Counted from the first letter of the stretch, positions 8,575-18,760 are shown. The stretch is DNA of 64,000 nucleotides from an uncultured Candidatus Saccharibacteria bacterium (GCA_964357615.1 CAYHMC010000004.1:25722-89721); one strand, 5' to 3'. Notes: generated by a model not told the origin, from the letters alone. A program made the numbers and translations.

Positions 8575-8734
8575 GCTCTACCTCACGAACACTCAAGAAA
8601 CTGGTGTTTTTATACTAAAAAACGAAGAAAATATCAAGACCAACAAAATCCATTTAAAATACCTATATTGACTAATATTCTATAATGTTATATAATCGGC
8701 AACAGCAAATCGCACTAGAAAAGGAGAAGCGGAG

Positions 8735-9052
8735 ATGGGGCTTAGCCTCAAAGACCAAGTAAAACCATCGGGCTTCAATATCAAAAGCCATCTGATTGGA
8801 AGTAATCTCAATAAATCGGAGAAAGAAACTGTGGCTAGAAATGTCATTGTTATTTCTCTTAGGAACGGTGATGCATGGTTTGATTTCACCTTCGAAGATT
8901 ATATGGATGCATGTGGCAGAGATAGGTCTTTTGCTGGCGAGGAAGCCTGCCTCAATGACCTCGTCCACGAAGACGGCGTTCTTACTAAAACCGGAAATGT
9001 ATATTCCGTAAATGAGAAATTTTTTAGAACTCTGGCTAAGTTCATCAAGTAA
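8735..9052 (+). CDS. hypothetical protein
   Basis: 105 aa, with a strong RBS AAGGAGAAG 7 nt upstream. Preferred over the overlapping minus-strand ORFs. Confidence 0.5.
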   Translation: MGLSLKDQVKPSGFNIKSHLIGSNLNKSEKETVARNVIVISLRNGDAWFDFTFEDYMDACGRDRSFAGEEACLNDLVHEDGVLTKTGNVYSVNEKFFRTLAKFIK

Positions 9053-9063
9053 GGAGGAGCGCG

Positions 9064-9474
9064 ATGAGTCAACACCCGTTTGTTGCAGTAAAGAAAGTCG
9101 AAGGCCCTATCAAAAATTCCCTTACAGGTTTATATGACCCCAACGGAGTTGACCTTGGCGGAAAATATTCGCTAGAAGCTCTATTTAATGAAATTCGAAT
9201 TGATGGGCTGATAGAGCGGTGCCGAGAGAAAGGCGGACCGGTATATCTCCTCGTGTGGGAAGGAAACAAAATCCCTCGTGGTGCAAAAATTATGGGCCAC
9301 GAAATCGTCTGGACTCAAAATGGACTTGTTTCCGCATCTCTTGGAGCTGTAGAAAGATCATTCGACATTGGCACATATGATCGCCTTGTGGAATTTGGAG
9401 GAAAAACTGGAAATCTCCAAGTGATGATGGTTTATGTTTTTCCGAGTATCAATGAAAAGGAAGAAGACAACTGA
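9064..9474 (+). CDS. hypothetical protein
   Basis: 136 aa. RBS AAGGAGGAGCGCG-ATG. It lies 11 nt after the preceding gene, so the two are operonic. Confidence 0.55.
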   Translation: MSQHPFVAVKKVEGPIKNSLTGLYDPNGVDLGGKYSLEALFNEIRIDGLIERCREKGGPVYLLVWEGNKIPRGAKIMGHEIVWTQNGLVSASLGAVERSFDIGTYDRLVEFGGKTGNLQVMMVYVFPSINEKEEDN

Positions 9475-9541
9475 AAGTAACGACAATAACAAATGGAAAC
9501 AAAAAGAGCTCCCCTTTTATAAGCGGGGGTTTTTATTTAGT

Positions 9542-9799
9542 CTATTTTTTTACAGCATAGGCTAACTTATTTCGAGCAGATAAAATTAGATATGAAACAA
9601 AACCAAGATAAGACAAACCAGTGATGCATACTGCTCCTATATTTGTTTGACTATTTAATACCAAATAAAAACCACTAACTAGAGTAGAAAAAACTAAAGA
9701 GCAAGCTATAATAAGTCGCGAAATTGAAGGGCTAACATATGCATAAGTTCCATACCCAATGCTCGCAAGCGCTGTTGTGACGTGCAAAATAAGTATCAT
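9542..9799 (-). CDS. small hydrophobic membrane protein
   Basis: 85 aa with two predicted TM helices. Confidence 0.4.
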   Translation of the reverse strand: MILILHVTTALASIGYGTYAYVSPSISRLIIACSLVFSTLVSGFYLVLNSQTNIGAVCITGLSYLGFVSYLILSARNKLAYAVKK

Positions 9800-9913
9800 T
9801 AATTAATTGTATATCAATTTAACACAATTAGAAACTGCAAAGCGCAAATCCCCTTTTGCGACACTCAAAAAAGATTTATAATAGTTATACACAAATCTAA
9901 TACAACAATTTAT

Positions 9914-10426
9914 ATGACTAATAAATCAAAAGTAATTTCTGTCTTATTTTTTTTACTTCTCACTGCGTCATTATTTTTATTCTTTAAATCTGATAAAACA
10001 TTTGATATAGAAATTATCCCTAATTTTGCGACTCCCACTCCAACGCCTATATTTCCTAGTGTTCAAATTGATAATTTAATCATTCCTGTTGATATAGCAA
10101 CAACAACTGAGGCCGTCATAAAAGGACTCTCTGGGCGACCTTCGCTCGGTGCAGACATCGGACTACTATTTATATTTCAAAAATCTGACATATATCAGTT
10201 TTGGATGCCTAATATGTTTTTTCCGATAGATATTATTTGGATAGATAGCAATTATAATATTATTGGTATTTCAAAAAACGCTACCGAAAAGTTTGACTCT
10301 AAAAATCCAGTTTTTTATAAACCATCAAAACCAATTCGCTTCGTTCTTGAAGTAAATGCTGGATTTTCTGATAAAAATGGGATTAATGTTGGCGATAAGG
10401 TATTATTTAATAGTATTAAAAAATAG
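9914..10426 (+). CDS. DUF192 (COG1430) family protein with N-terminal membrane anchor
   Basis: 'GLLFIF...MPNMFFPIDIIWIDSNYNIIGI' matches the DUF192 signature. Confidence 0.55.
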   Translation: MTNKSKVISVLFFLLLTASLFLFFKSDKTFDIEIIPNFATPTPTPIFPSVQIDNLIIPVDIATTTEAVIKGLSGRPSLGADIGLLFIFQKSDIYQFWMPNMFFPIDIIWIDSNYNIIGISKNATEKFDSKNPVFYKPSKPIRFVLEVNAGFSDKNGINVGDKVLFNSIKK

Positions 10427-10428
10427 CA

Positions 10429-11451
10429 ATGAAAATAGAAAAAGTTAAACCAGACAAAGAAAGGGAGTGGAATGAATTCATAATAAAAAATGGCCCTCCT
10501 GTTGGGAGCTTTATTCAAGCATGGGAATGGGGGCAATTTTATGAAAAATTAGGACGCAAAGTAGAGCGATATTTTGTTGTAGAAGAAACTCCAATTGCGG
10601 CATTTACGCTTGTCTACCAAAAACTTCCATTTGGTTTTGTTTATGGATATGCACCTCGCGGACCAATAATTTCTTCTCCCGATGAATCTAAATACGAAAC
10701 TATTTGTAATGAAATTAGGAACTGGGCACTAAAAGAAATTCCAGAACTTATTTTTTTGCGCCTTGAACCTCCCCTTCCAATAGAATATAAAAAATTGCCA
10801 AAGCCTTTTTTTGAAACGCCATCTTATTACATACAACCAAAATTTAATTCTGTAATTCTATTAGACAAAGAAGAAAAAGATTTACTCGAATCATTTCACC
10901 CATCGACTAAATCCAATATTAACCGAGCAGAACGCCGTGGCGTAACAGTTAAAATTAAGAACGAAATAACTGAAGAAGAATTTGAACAGTTCAAAAAGAT
11001 GATGGGAGATACTTCGAAAAGAAACCACGGCAAAAAAATATATCCAAGTGTTGGTTATTTTAATTCTTTATTTGCACTGCTATTTAAAAATAGCTCGTCA
11101 AATAATTTAAATTTAGTTGCATTTTATGGGTATTGCGATGGCAAGCCAGCTGCAACTCATTTTGTTTTATTTTTTGGCAAAACTGCCACTTATTTATACG
11201 GCGCCTCGCATAGTGAATTTTTAAATTCAAAAGTTACTACACTCCTCCACTTTGAGGCCATGAAAGAAGCTAAGCGTGCTCACATGAGCTATTATGACAT
11301 TGGGGCAGTTGATGAGAAACGATGGCGCACACTCACACAATTTAAACGACAATTTAATGGCAGAGAGTTTCAATACATTGGTAATGTTGATATACCAATT
11401 AGACCGTTTGGATATAAAATTTTTAACATCTTGCGCAATATAAAAAAATAA
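10429..11451 (+). CDS. FemAB/MurM-family peptidoglycan bridge-formation aminoacyltransferase (GNAT fold)
   Basis: 340 aa. The N-terminal 'FIQAWEWGQFYEKLGRKVERY' is typical of the FemX/MurM family. Confidence 0.55.
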   Translation: MKIEKVKPDKEREWNEFIIKNGPPVGSFIQAWEWGQFYEKLGRKVERYFVVEETPIAAFTLVYQKLPFGFVYGYAPRGPIISSPDESKYETICNEIRNWALKEIPELIFLRLEPPLPIEYKKLPKPFFETPSYYIQPKFNSVILLDKEEKDLLESFHPSTKSNINRAERRGVTVKIKNEITEEEFEQFKKMMGDTSKRNHGKKIYPSVGYFNSLFALLFKNSSSNNLNLVAFYGYCDGKPAATHFVLFFGKTATYLYGASHSEFLNSKVTTLLHFEAMKEAKRAHMSYYDIGAVDEKRWRTLTQFKRQFNGREFQYIGNVDIPIRPFGYKIFNILRNIKK

Positions 11452-11524
11452 TTGATTTTGTAAATATTAGATTATTCATGCTAAGTTTTACAGTTATTTT
11501 GTAATTTAAAAGCAATAATATGAA

Positions 11525-12232
11525 ATGGAAAAAATAGATAAAGAAGAAAAAACACCAAAATACCAAATAGTAGATTTGCCTGAGGAGTATTATTTTGATA
11601 ATGAACCAGATACGCAAGAAGGAAAGATAATTCACTATAAAAAACGCTTGTTTGATAAAGACAGAAAAGAAGCAGATAAGTTTTTGCTTGAAGCTAAAGT
11701 CGGAAGGTATAGCTATATATTAAATTTTGGAGAGGCAGTTTTGTGGAGCAGTAAGGAAAGAAAGGTTTACGGCATTAGCTTTAAAACTAAAGAATATGAA
11801 TTTGCCACTACTGACTTAGACGAAGAGGAGAAAAGAGAACTTTCAGAAATAATTCCAGAATTTATCAGAGAAGTCCAAGAATATTTAAACGGAGAAATAG
11901 ACGAAATTTTAGTGTCCCCATCTGGTGCACCATACTCAACAAAAGAAATTGATGAGTGTATTGACAGTCTAATTTTAATAACAGAGAATAAGTACACTAA
12001 AGAACAACTTCTAGATGAATTTAATGGTTTTAGAATATTTGATTTATATAAAGAACTGACAGGAAAGGATTTTCTTCCAGTTCACTATAACGCTGACAGT
12101 CGAGCCAAAGGACGATCTAGGCTTTTTAAAATGCTGGCAAAAAAATATCTTCCTGAATGGCAAGTTAACGAAGATGAATATAATCCCAATAGTATAGATT
12201 TTACTCTTATTAGAAGAAATGCTAACAAATAA
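11525..12232 (+). CDS. hypothetical protein
   Basis: 235-aa ORF with acidic character and no recognisable motif. Confidence 0.5.
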   Translation: MEKIDKEEKTPKYQIVDLPEEYYFDNEPDTQEGKIIHYKKRLFDKDRKEADKFLLEAKVGRYSYILNFGEAVLWSSKERKVYGISFKTKEYEFATTDLDEEEKRELSEIIPEFIREVQEYLNGEIDEILVSPSGAPYSTKEIDECIDSLILITENKYTKEQLLDEFNGFRIFDLYKELTGKDFLPVHYNADSRAKGRSRLFKMLAKKYLPEWQVNEDEYNPNSIDFTLIRRNANK

Positions 12233-12237
12233 ATATT

Positions 12238-13158
12238 ATGGAAAATAATGCGCTATTTATAGAAAATCTGGTAAAGAAATATTCAAATGGAACTGAAGCA
12301 CTAAAAGGTGTTTCTCTTAATATCCCCAAGGGTGATTTTTTTGGCTTACTTGGTCCAAATGGTGCCGGAAAAACAACGATCATAGGAATATCAACGGGAC
12401 TCGTAAATAAGACCAGCGGAACAGTCTCTGTATTTGGTAATGACATCGATAAAAACCCAGAGGAAGCTAAGACATTTATTGGTCTTGTTGGTCAAGAATT
12501 AAATTTTAATCCATTTGAAAAACCAATTGATATTGTTGTAAATCAAGGTGGCTATTACGGCATTCCAAGAAGTATTGCTGTGCCACGCGCTAAAAAAATA
12601 TTAACTGATTTAGGACTTGGCGATAAATTAGAACAAAAATCTATGGCGTTATCTGGTGGAATAAAACGCCGTCTTATGATTGCAAGGGCCTTAATACATG
12701 AACCGCAATTTTTAATATTAGATGAACCAACTGCCGGAGTTGATGTAGAACTGCGCCGTGGAATGTGGGATTATCTTCAAAAATTAACCGCAAACGGAAT
12801 AACAATTTTGCTTACAACTCATTACCTAGAAGAAGCAGAACAACTTTGCAAACAAGTTGCCATTATTAATAAGGGGCAAATTATTGCCTCTGGAACAATG
12901 AAAGATTTATTAGGCAAACTAAAGACTGAAATATTAATAATAGATTTGGTTAAGCCGGTAACTGAAAAGGCACTTCACGCGCTAAAAAGTTACGATGCAA
13001 AAAAAGTTGACGAAACAACTATTGAAATAAGTATTGGCGAAGGTAAGGGATTAAATGATGCTATTTTAATTTTGCAATCAAATGATTTGCCAATTCAAAC
13101 AATACGCAATAAATCTGGCAAGCTAGAAGAGGTATTTGTTAATTTAACTAAAGAATAA
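12238..13158 (+). CDS. ABC transporter ATP-binding protein
   Basis: Walker A GPNGAGKTT, signature LSGGIKRR, Walker B ILDEPTAGVD. Confidence 0.85.
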   Translation: MENNALFIENLVKKYSNGTEALKGVSLNIPKGDFFGLLGPNGAGKTTIIGISTGLVNKTSGTVSVFGNDIDKNPEEAKTFIGLVGQELNFNPFEKPIDIVVNQGGYYGIPRSIAVPRAKKILTDLGLGDKLEQKSMALSGGIKRRLMIARALIHEPQFLILDEPTAGVDVELRRGMWDYLQKLTANGITILLTTHYLEEAEQLCKQVAIINKGQIIASGTMKDLLGKLKTEILIIDLVKPVTEKALHALKSYDAKKVDETTIEISIGEGKGLNDAILILQSNDLPIQTIRNKSGKLEEVFVNLTKE

Positions 13159-13168
13159 TAAAGATATT

Positions 13169-13951
13169 ATGAAAACATATAGATATTGGGTTTCTTTTTA
13201 CACAATTGTACGCAAAGATATAGTGCGAATTTTTAGAATTTGGGTTCAGACTTTTTTGCCTTCGGTTATAACATCTTCACTTTATTTTTTAATCTTTGGA
13301 ACGGTTTTAGGATCACAAATTGGAGATGTTCAAGGAGTTAGTTATATGCTCTTTGTAATTCCTGGCTTAGTTATGATGGCAATTGTAACAACAGCATACG
13401 CAAATACTTCTTTTGCATTTTTCTCAGCAAAATTTTTTGCCCGTTCAATTGACGAGATATTAGTTTCTCCTACTCCCCCATGGCTTCTAATTGCAGGCTT
13501 TGTTGTGGGAGGAATGGTTAGAGGAATTTTAGTTGGTGCTATAGTCCTATTAGTTTCACTTTTCTTTACAGGACTTACACTTGCAATCCATAATCTGTTA
13601 ATAATACTTAGCTTTGCTATACTCGCATCACTTATCTTTTCACTCGCTGGATTAGTAAACGGAATTTATGCGAAAACTATTGATGGAATTAATATTTTCC
13701 CAACTTTTGTTTTAACTCCACTAGTTTATCTTGGCGGTATATTTTATTCAGTACAAAGTTTGCCTCCTATATTTAAGGAATTTACACAAATAAATCCTAT
13801 TTTTTATATTATCAATGGTTTTCGTTATGGATTTTTAGGAACAACAGATGTTTCGATTGGACTGGCGGTTTCTATTCTTTTAGGACTAAGTGCTGTTTTG
13901 GTTTCAATTAATTGGTATTTAATTAGAACTGGACTTGGACTAAAACAATAA
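13169..13951 (+). CDS. ABC-2 type transporter permease
   Basis: Polytopic membrane protein of about 6 TM helices immediately downstream of the ABC ATPase. Confidence 0.7.
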   Translation: MKTYRYWVSFYTIVRKDIVRIFRIWVQTFLPSVITSSLYFLIFGTVLGSQIGDVQGVSYMLFVIPGLVMMAIVTTAYANTSFAFFSAKFFARSIDEILVSPTPPWLLIAGFVVGGMVRGILVGAIVLLVSLFFTGLTLAIHNLLIILSFAILASLIFSLAGLVNGIYAKTIDGINIFPTFVLTPLVYLGGIFYSVQSLPPIFKEFTQINPIFYIINGFRYGFLGTTDVSIGLAVSILLGLSAVLVSINWYLIRTGLGLKQ

Positions 13952-13956
13952 TAAAA

Positions 13957-13987
13957 ATACCCCGTACAATATGGGGTATATTTTTTT
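13957..13987. terminator. bidirectional terminator
   Basis: ATACCCC gtacaatat GGGGTAT followed by TTTTTTT. Confidence 0.65.
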
Positions 13988-13990
13988 AAC

Positions 13991-14767
13991 TTACTTTGTA
14001 GATATGCTTACCGCATCTATATAGGTATCAATATTTTGTTCGTCAATTAAGTCCAGTATGCCTATAGCTGGACGCGTGTCTGGACCATCATACCAAGGAG
14101 GAACAGAGGAGCTTGGAAATTCTTGTTCTACCAAAATAAAAAAAGTACCATCCAAATCTGTAAGTGTGCCAGTAATTTGCAACCCACCATCTTCTGTTTT
14201 AGTAATCACATTCTCTAAGCGATACCAATGATTTTCAAGAAGCCCACCTGGAACTTCCTCCCAGTCATGCAAATTTGTTCCTAGATAAAGTGGCAGACCT
14301 GCATTGTCGTATTGAATTATAAGTTTGTCAGGATCAATTCCCGTAGGGTCATGAGACACATCAACGCCAAGTCTCCCAAAAGCATAAGATGAGTTGGGAT
14401 CGCTCCCCTCAAGCGGTGGTCTATATGCACCAAAAGCAGCAATGTGGCTCCAGTCTTGAACTGAAGGAATCATAAAATTATATGAAACTCTGCGTTCCTT
14501 AAGATTAGGAATTCCATTTTTCCAATCAAGAATTATTGCGTTAGCTCTACCAGTTGTAATGCGCAAAACTATATTATCTGAATTAGCGCCACAATCTGAC
14601 GATGGTGATGGAAAGTTTATTAAAGCTACACTTCCAAATCTTACACCCCAATCATCAAGATTGGCTTCAATTCCATTTTGTATCTCGCAAGATTCATGGT
14701 TTTCGCTCCCACAAGAAGCAACAAATAAAGCTATGAGTGTAAAAAACACAATTCGTATTGCACGCAC
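13991..14767 (-). CDS. lipoprotein (signal peptide with lipobox LFVASCG), function unknown
   Basis: 258 aa. N-terminal signal followed by a Cys lipobox. Confidence 0.55.
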   Translation of the reverse strand: MRAIRIVFFTLIALFVASCGSENHESCEIQNGIEANLDDWGVRFGSVALINFPSPSSDCGANSDNIVLRITTGRANAIILDWKNGIPNLKERRVSYNFMIPSVQDWSHIAAFGAYRPPLEGSDPNSSYAFGRLGVDVSHDPTGIDPDKLIIQYDNAGLPLYLGTNLHDWEEVPGGLLENHWYRLENVITKTEDGGLQITGTLTDLDGTFFILVEQEFPSSSVPPWYDGPDTRPAIGILDLIDEQNIDTYIDAVSISTK

Positions 14768-14833
14768 AAAAGCTCCTATTAAAATTACTATGTTCTACTA
14801 TATAGTAATTTAGGGACAATTCAACCAAGTAAT

Positions 14834-16075
14834 TTATCTTCTTCTAAAATTTTGACGCGGTGAGAATCTTTTCTGATAACCATGAGCGTTACTTTTTGGG
14901 CGTTCATACCTTGACCTAAAAGGTGTTGCGAATCTCTCTGATACCTCAGCGCGAGCTGGTGGAAGTTCTGGAAGTTTAGAGAGTGGTAAAACTGACCTAA
15001 TTAATCTTTCAATATTTCGAACTTCGTGTTTTTGATCTGGAGTTGCAAATGAAATAGCATGCCCTTTGCCTCCTGCTCTTGCCGTTCGGCCAATGCGATG
15101 CACATAGTCATCTGAAGATTGTGGCAAGTCATAGTTTAAAACAAGCTCAATTCCACTTACATCAATTCCACGAGCCGCAATATCAGTCGCTACAAGAATT
15201 TTATATCTTCCATCTTTAAATCCTTCGAGTGCATCTTTTCTTTGACCCATTGAACGATTTGAGTGGATTTCTGCCGAAGTATATCCAAGCGATCTAATTC
15301 TCATGGTAAGTTTTTTAGCTCCAAATTTAGTTCGAGTAAATACCAAAATCGAGCCACGATATTCTCCAAGTACTTTTTCTAACAACCTTGGTTTATCGTG
15401 CTTTTGCAAAAAGAAAAGTTCTTGAGTGACTCTATCAACTGTTGTTCCGGGTGGCGCAATCTCAACCCTAGTTGGCAACTTCATATATTGCTTTGCGATG
15501 TTTACTATTTCTGGTGGCATAGTTGCCGAAAATAACAATGTTTGTCTTTCATGTGGTAGTGATACCAAAATGCGCTTAAGTTGTGGAGCAAAACCCATAT
15601 CAAGCATTCTATCTGCTTCATCTAATACTAAGATTGAAATATTTTTAAGCACTAGTGTTTTTTGCTGAAGATGGTCAATGATTCTGCCTGGTGTTCCAAT
15701 AATAATCTGTGGGCTCCTATGTAGTGCCTGTATTTGACGGCCGATTGATTCTCCACCAACTAAAACTGCACTTCTAACATTCAATGGTGTTCCAAAATTT
15801 TTAAATACATCGTGAACCTGATAGGCCAATTCTCTAGTAGGAAGTATCACAAGAGCTTTCTTATTGCTAAGAGTGGCTTGTAATAATGGGATACCAAAAG
15901 CGAGCGTCTTTCCAGTGCCAGTTTGAGCTACGCCAATTAAATCTTTTCCTTCTATAGCCTGTGGAATGGACTGTGCTTGAATTGGTGTTGGTTCGTGAAG
16001 TTTAAATTTTTCGATAACAGCTATGATGTTAGGAGCTATGCCAAGTCCATAAAAGCCATTTGATTTAGGGTTCAT
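14834..16075 (-). CDS. DEAD-box ATP-dependent RNA helicase
   Basis: AQTGTGKT, PTRELA, DEAD (VLDEADRM), SAT and HRIGRTARAG motifs. Confidence 0.9.
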   Translation of the reverse strand: MNPKSNGFYGLGIAPNIIAVIEKFKLHEPTPIQAQSIPQAIEGKDLIGVAQTGTGKTLAFGIPLLQATLSNKKALVILPTRELAYQVHDVFKNFGTPLNVRSAVLVGGESIGRQIQALHRSPQIIIGTPGRIIDHLQQKTLVLKNISILVLDEADRMLDMGFAPQLKRILVSLPHERQTLLFSATMPPEIVNIAKQYMKLPTRVEIAPPGTTVDRVTQELFFLQKHDKPRLLEKVLGEYRGSILVFTRTKFGAKKLTMRIRSLGYTSAEIHSNRSMGQRKDALEGFKDGRYKILVATDIAARGIDVSGIELVLNYDLPQSSDDYVHRIGRTARAGGKGHAISFATPDQKHEVRNIERLIRSVLPLSKLPELPPARAEVSERFATPFRSRYERPKSNAHGYQKRFSPRQNFRRR

Positions 16076-16530
16076 TAACTATTTTTTTCTAATTTTGTGA
16101 GATGTTCAGAAATCCTCGCGTGAATTTCACCAGCAATTTTTTTTGATAATTCTCTTTTTTTCCAAAGCGTATTACTTTCAGAAAGATCTAGCTTCTTAAT
16201 TTTATTTAAATCCTTAATCATTGCATATCTTGCATGTCCCAAATCAACATTAGTCTGTACGCTTAAATCTTCTATTCCTTGATGAATTTGCTTTAGATAA
16301 GTATATTTAGCTAATATATTATTTTCGCGATTTGCTTTTATATTTAAAGTTATGCTTTTAAGTAAAACTGGATTAAATTCTATATGTTTTACAAAACCAT
16401 GAATCGCCACAAAAAGATCATAGCTTGGTTCTGTTTTTATGACGCTTTTTAGCTTTTTATCAAGATTTGTCTGAGTTTTTTTAATTTCATCCATTTGCTT
16501 AACTTTACCAGAAATTAAGTCGGATGTCAA
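16075..16530 (-). CDS. hypothetical protein
   Basis: 151-aa ORF whose start overlaps the helicase start region. Confidence 0.45.
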   Translation of the reverse strand: MTSDLISGKVKQMDEIKKTQTNLDKKLKSVIKTEPSYDLFVAIHGFVKHIEFNPVLLKSITLNIKANRENNILAKYTYLKQIHQGIEDLSVQTNVDLGHARYAMIKDLNKIKKLDLSESNTLWKKRELSKKIAGEIHARISEHLTKLEKNS

Positions 16531-16657
16531 TACTTCTAGACCTCTTCGAGCTAGCTTCGCATTGTTATTCTACTTATCTAAAATCACCAAATTTAATCTG
16601 CTAATTTTAGATAAATTGGGCAGTCACAGTATTAAACTACTGCGTGCCCTATGTTTA

Positions 16658-16918
16658 TTAAATTGTTGGTAGCGCCATCACTTCAGCCAACTCTTCTGCT
16701 GAAATCATAGCTGAATTAACAGCTCTAAGCTCAGAGACAGGAGCTTTGCACCTCGAAGAAATATTAATATGCGCATCTTCGATAAGATGAATAACCGTCA
16801 TAACACCAGCTCTTTCTTCTATTTCAACAGAGCCACGCTTTTTGCATGTATCACAGAACCAAATCTGTTCAGCCACAGCTACCTCTATCCTGTAAAACTT
16901 TTGATAATATACTAACAA
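16658..16918 (-). CDS. hypothetical small protein with CxxC motif
   Basis: 86 aa containing 'FCDTCKKRG'. Confidence 0.35.
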   Translation of the reverse strand: MLVYYQKFYRIEVAVAEQIWFCDTCKKRGSVEIEERAGVMTVIHLIEDAHINISSRCKAPVSELRAVNSAMISAEELAEVMALPTI

Positions 16919-16985
16919 ATAGGTAAATCGTCAAACCATAAATAACCTAAAAATAGTTTTGGGTTACTGAAGTATTTTTGTGTTT

Positions 16986-17528
16986 TTATTTCAAGTCAAA
17001 GATAACAGGCATTTCAAGTGAATCATCATGCTCACGAAGATCAGATGCGTTAGATTTTTTAAGTATTAAAGTTCCTTTATTACTATAAATATTTTTATCT
17101 ATAATGAATGTAAGTTTTGCCTCAAATGGAACAAAATTTTCGGTCATCCACTCGCCATTTGCAGTTGCAAAACCTTCAGCAATTGTTTTCCCTTCCCAAT
17201 TAGTAAGTGTTACGGGAAAATTTGCCTCAAAAAACCACTTGCCCCTAGCTTCACCAGTAATAATTAAAGGGCTCGTAATTGTTTGATTTGGCCTAGGCGA
17301 AGTAACTTTAATTAAATCAACCTTATCAAGTTCATTGCCGATATTTTCAGTAAATGTTTCGCCATTATACTGACACTTTCTTGGATAACTTTCCATGACT
17401 GGATCTCCCAAGGCGGCACAATCTTCAAAATTCGTGACTGCTATTTGATTGCTTGGTTTATTCCAAACAAAAAACCCTACGCCAATAATTATAATTAATG
17501 TAATTAAGATAAAGATATTTTTTTTCAT
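16986..17528 (-). CDS. Gmad2 immunoglobulin-like domain protein, membrane anchored
   Basis: Start reset to MKKNIFILITL at 17528. Single N-terminal TM, then a beta-rich domain of the type common in CPR. Confidence 0.45.
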   Translation of the reverse strand: MKKNIFILITLIIIIGVGFFVWNKPSNQIAVTNFEDCAALGDPVMESYPRKCQYNGETFTENIGNELDKVDLIKVTSPRPNQTITSPLIITGEARGKWFFEANFPVTLTNWEGKTIAEGFATANGEWMTENFVPFEAKLTFIIDKNIYSNKGTLILKKSNASDLREHDDSLEMPVIFDLK

Positions 17529-17637
17529 AAAATAATCATACCATATACATAAACAAATATCCCATAAAATTGACAAAAGATGATAAATAATATATAATTC
17601 ATTCAGCATCAAAAATTACAGGAAAATGGGGTTGTAG

Positions 17638-17814
17638 ATGAAAGGTGACTTGAAAAGCATTCTTGCACTTCTACTTCTTATTCTTGCTACATGTTTATAC
17701 GAACATGCGAAATGGACGGCTCCAAGTCCTTATGAAGTTTGTGAGAAAAAGCCAGAAGTTCTGCGCCACAAGTGTCGCAAAGACATAAGTAACGCTTTAT
17801 CTTACTTATTTTAA
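17638..17814 (+). CDS. small secreted Cys-containing peptide (58 aa), not in ORF track
   Basis: ATG at 17638 (MKGDLKSILALLLLILATCLYEHAKWTAPSPYEVCEKKPEVLRHKCRKDISNALSYLF). Signal-peptide-like N-terminus, four Cys, and a hairpin plus T-run immediately downstream. Confidence 0.35.
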   Translation: MKGDLKSILALLLLILATCLYEHAKWTAPSPYEVCEKKPEVLRHKCRKDISNALSYLF

Positions 17815-17816
17815 TT

Positions 17817-17845
17817 TAGACCAAATCATTTAGGTCTTTTTTTAT
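17817..17845 (+). terminator. terminator after the small peptide gene
   Basis: AGACC aaatcattt GGTCT followed by TTTTTTTAT. Confidence 0.5.
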
Positions 17846-17859
17846 ATCTAAAAATGTAG

Positions 17860-18705
17860 TTAAGATTTCTTTATAAAAGTACCAGAGTTAAGTTCTGAAA
17901 ACGCTTTTTTTAATTCTTCGTTTGTATTCATTACGATTGGTCCGTGCCATGCGATTGGCTCCCCTAGTGGTGTTCCAGAAATCAACAAAAATCTTACAGA
18001 TTCATTTGGTGCATGAATTTTAATTACATCACCACTAGATAACAGTGCAACACTACCAGAAGCGATTGGAGAAAAATCAAGATTGGATGCTGCGGTTCCT
18101 TGGAATACATACAAAAACGCTGTATCCGATTCCCTTAAATTACATTCAAAAGTTCTGCCACTCTCCAAAAAAACATCTAAATAAAGTGGGTCAACCATTA
18201 AATCAGCAATTGGCCCGCGCACATCGCGAAAATTTCCAGCTATTACTTTTACATCTGCTCCGTTGTAACTCACGGTTTTTATTTGTCCTGGCAAAATATC
18301 TTGATACCTTGGGGACATCATTTTTTCTTTTTTAGGTAAATTTACCCAAAGCTGAAAACCAGCTATCGGTGCTATTTTTGGATTTGGCATTTCTTGATGA
18401 ATTATTCCCGAACCAGCAGTCATCCACTGCACCGCGCCAGATTCAACTACGCCCTTATTTCCCATACTATCAACGTGTTCAACCTCACCACCCAACATAT
18501 AAGTTACTGTTTCAATACCTCGATGTGGGTGCCAAGGAAATCCAGCAGAATAATCGTTTGGATTACCAGAGCTAAAATCATCAAGCATTAAAAATGGATC
18601 GAGATGTGGAACTTCTGCTAATCCAAAAGCACGATGTAAAAGCACGCCAGCCCCCTCTCTCATTTCTCTAGTTTTATATATTTTTTTAATTGTTCGTACT
18701 GGCAT
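17860..18705 (-). CDS. pirin family protein (cupin)
   Basis: 'HPHRGIETVTYMLGGEVEHVDSMGN' is the pirin N-terminal cupin signature. Confidence 0.8.
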   Translation of the reverse strand: MPVRTIKKIYKTREMREGAGVLLHRAFGLAEVPHLDPFLMLDDFSSGNPNDYSAGFPWHPHRGIETVTYMLGGEVEHVDSMGNKGVVESGAVQWMTAGSGIIHQEMPNPKIAPIAGFQLWVNLPKKEKMMSPRYQDILPGQIKTVSYNGADVKVIAGNFRDVRGPIADLMVDPLYLDVFLESGRTFECNLRESDTAFLYVFQGTAASNLDFSPIASGSVALLSSGDVIKIHAPNESVRFLLISGTPLGEPIAWHGPIVMNTNEELKKAFSELNSGTFIKKS

Positions 18706-18760
18706 TTTTGCTAATTATAACAAAAAACACTCCAACATTAATTTATAGTTGGAATGTATA

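Noticed and set aside
8672-9011. Overlapping ORFs 8672-8968 (-), 8680-8889 (-), 8796-9011 (+)
   Set aside because: The plus-strand ORF 8735-9052 has a strong AAGGAGAAG RBS and is followed 11 nt later by another RBS-bearing plus gene. The others lack start signals.
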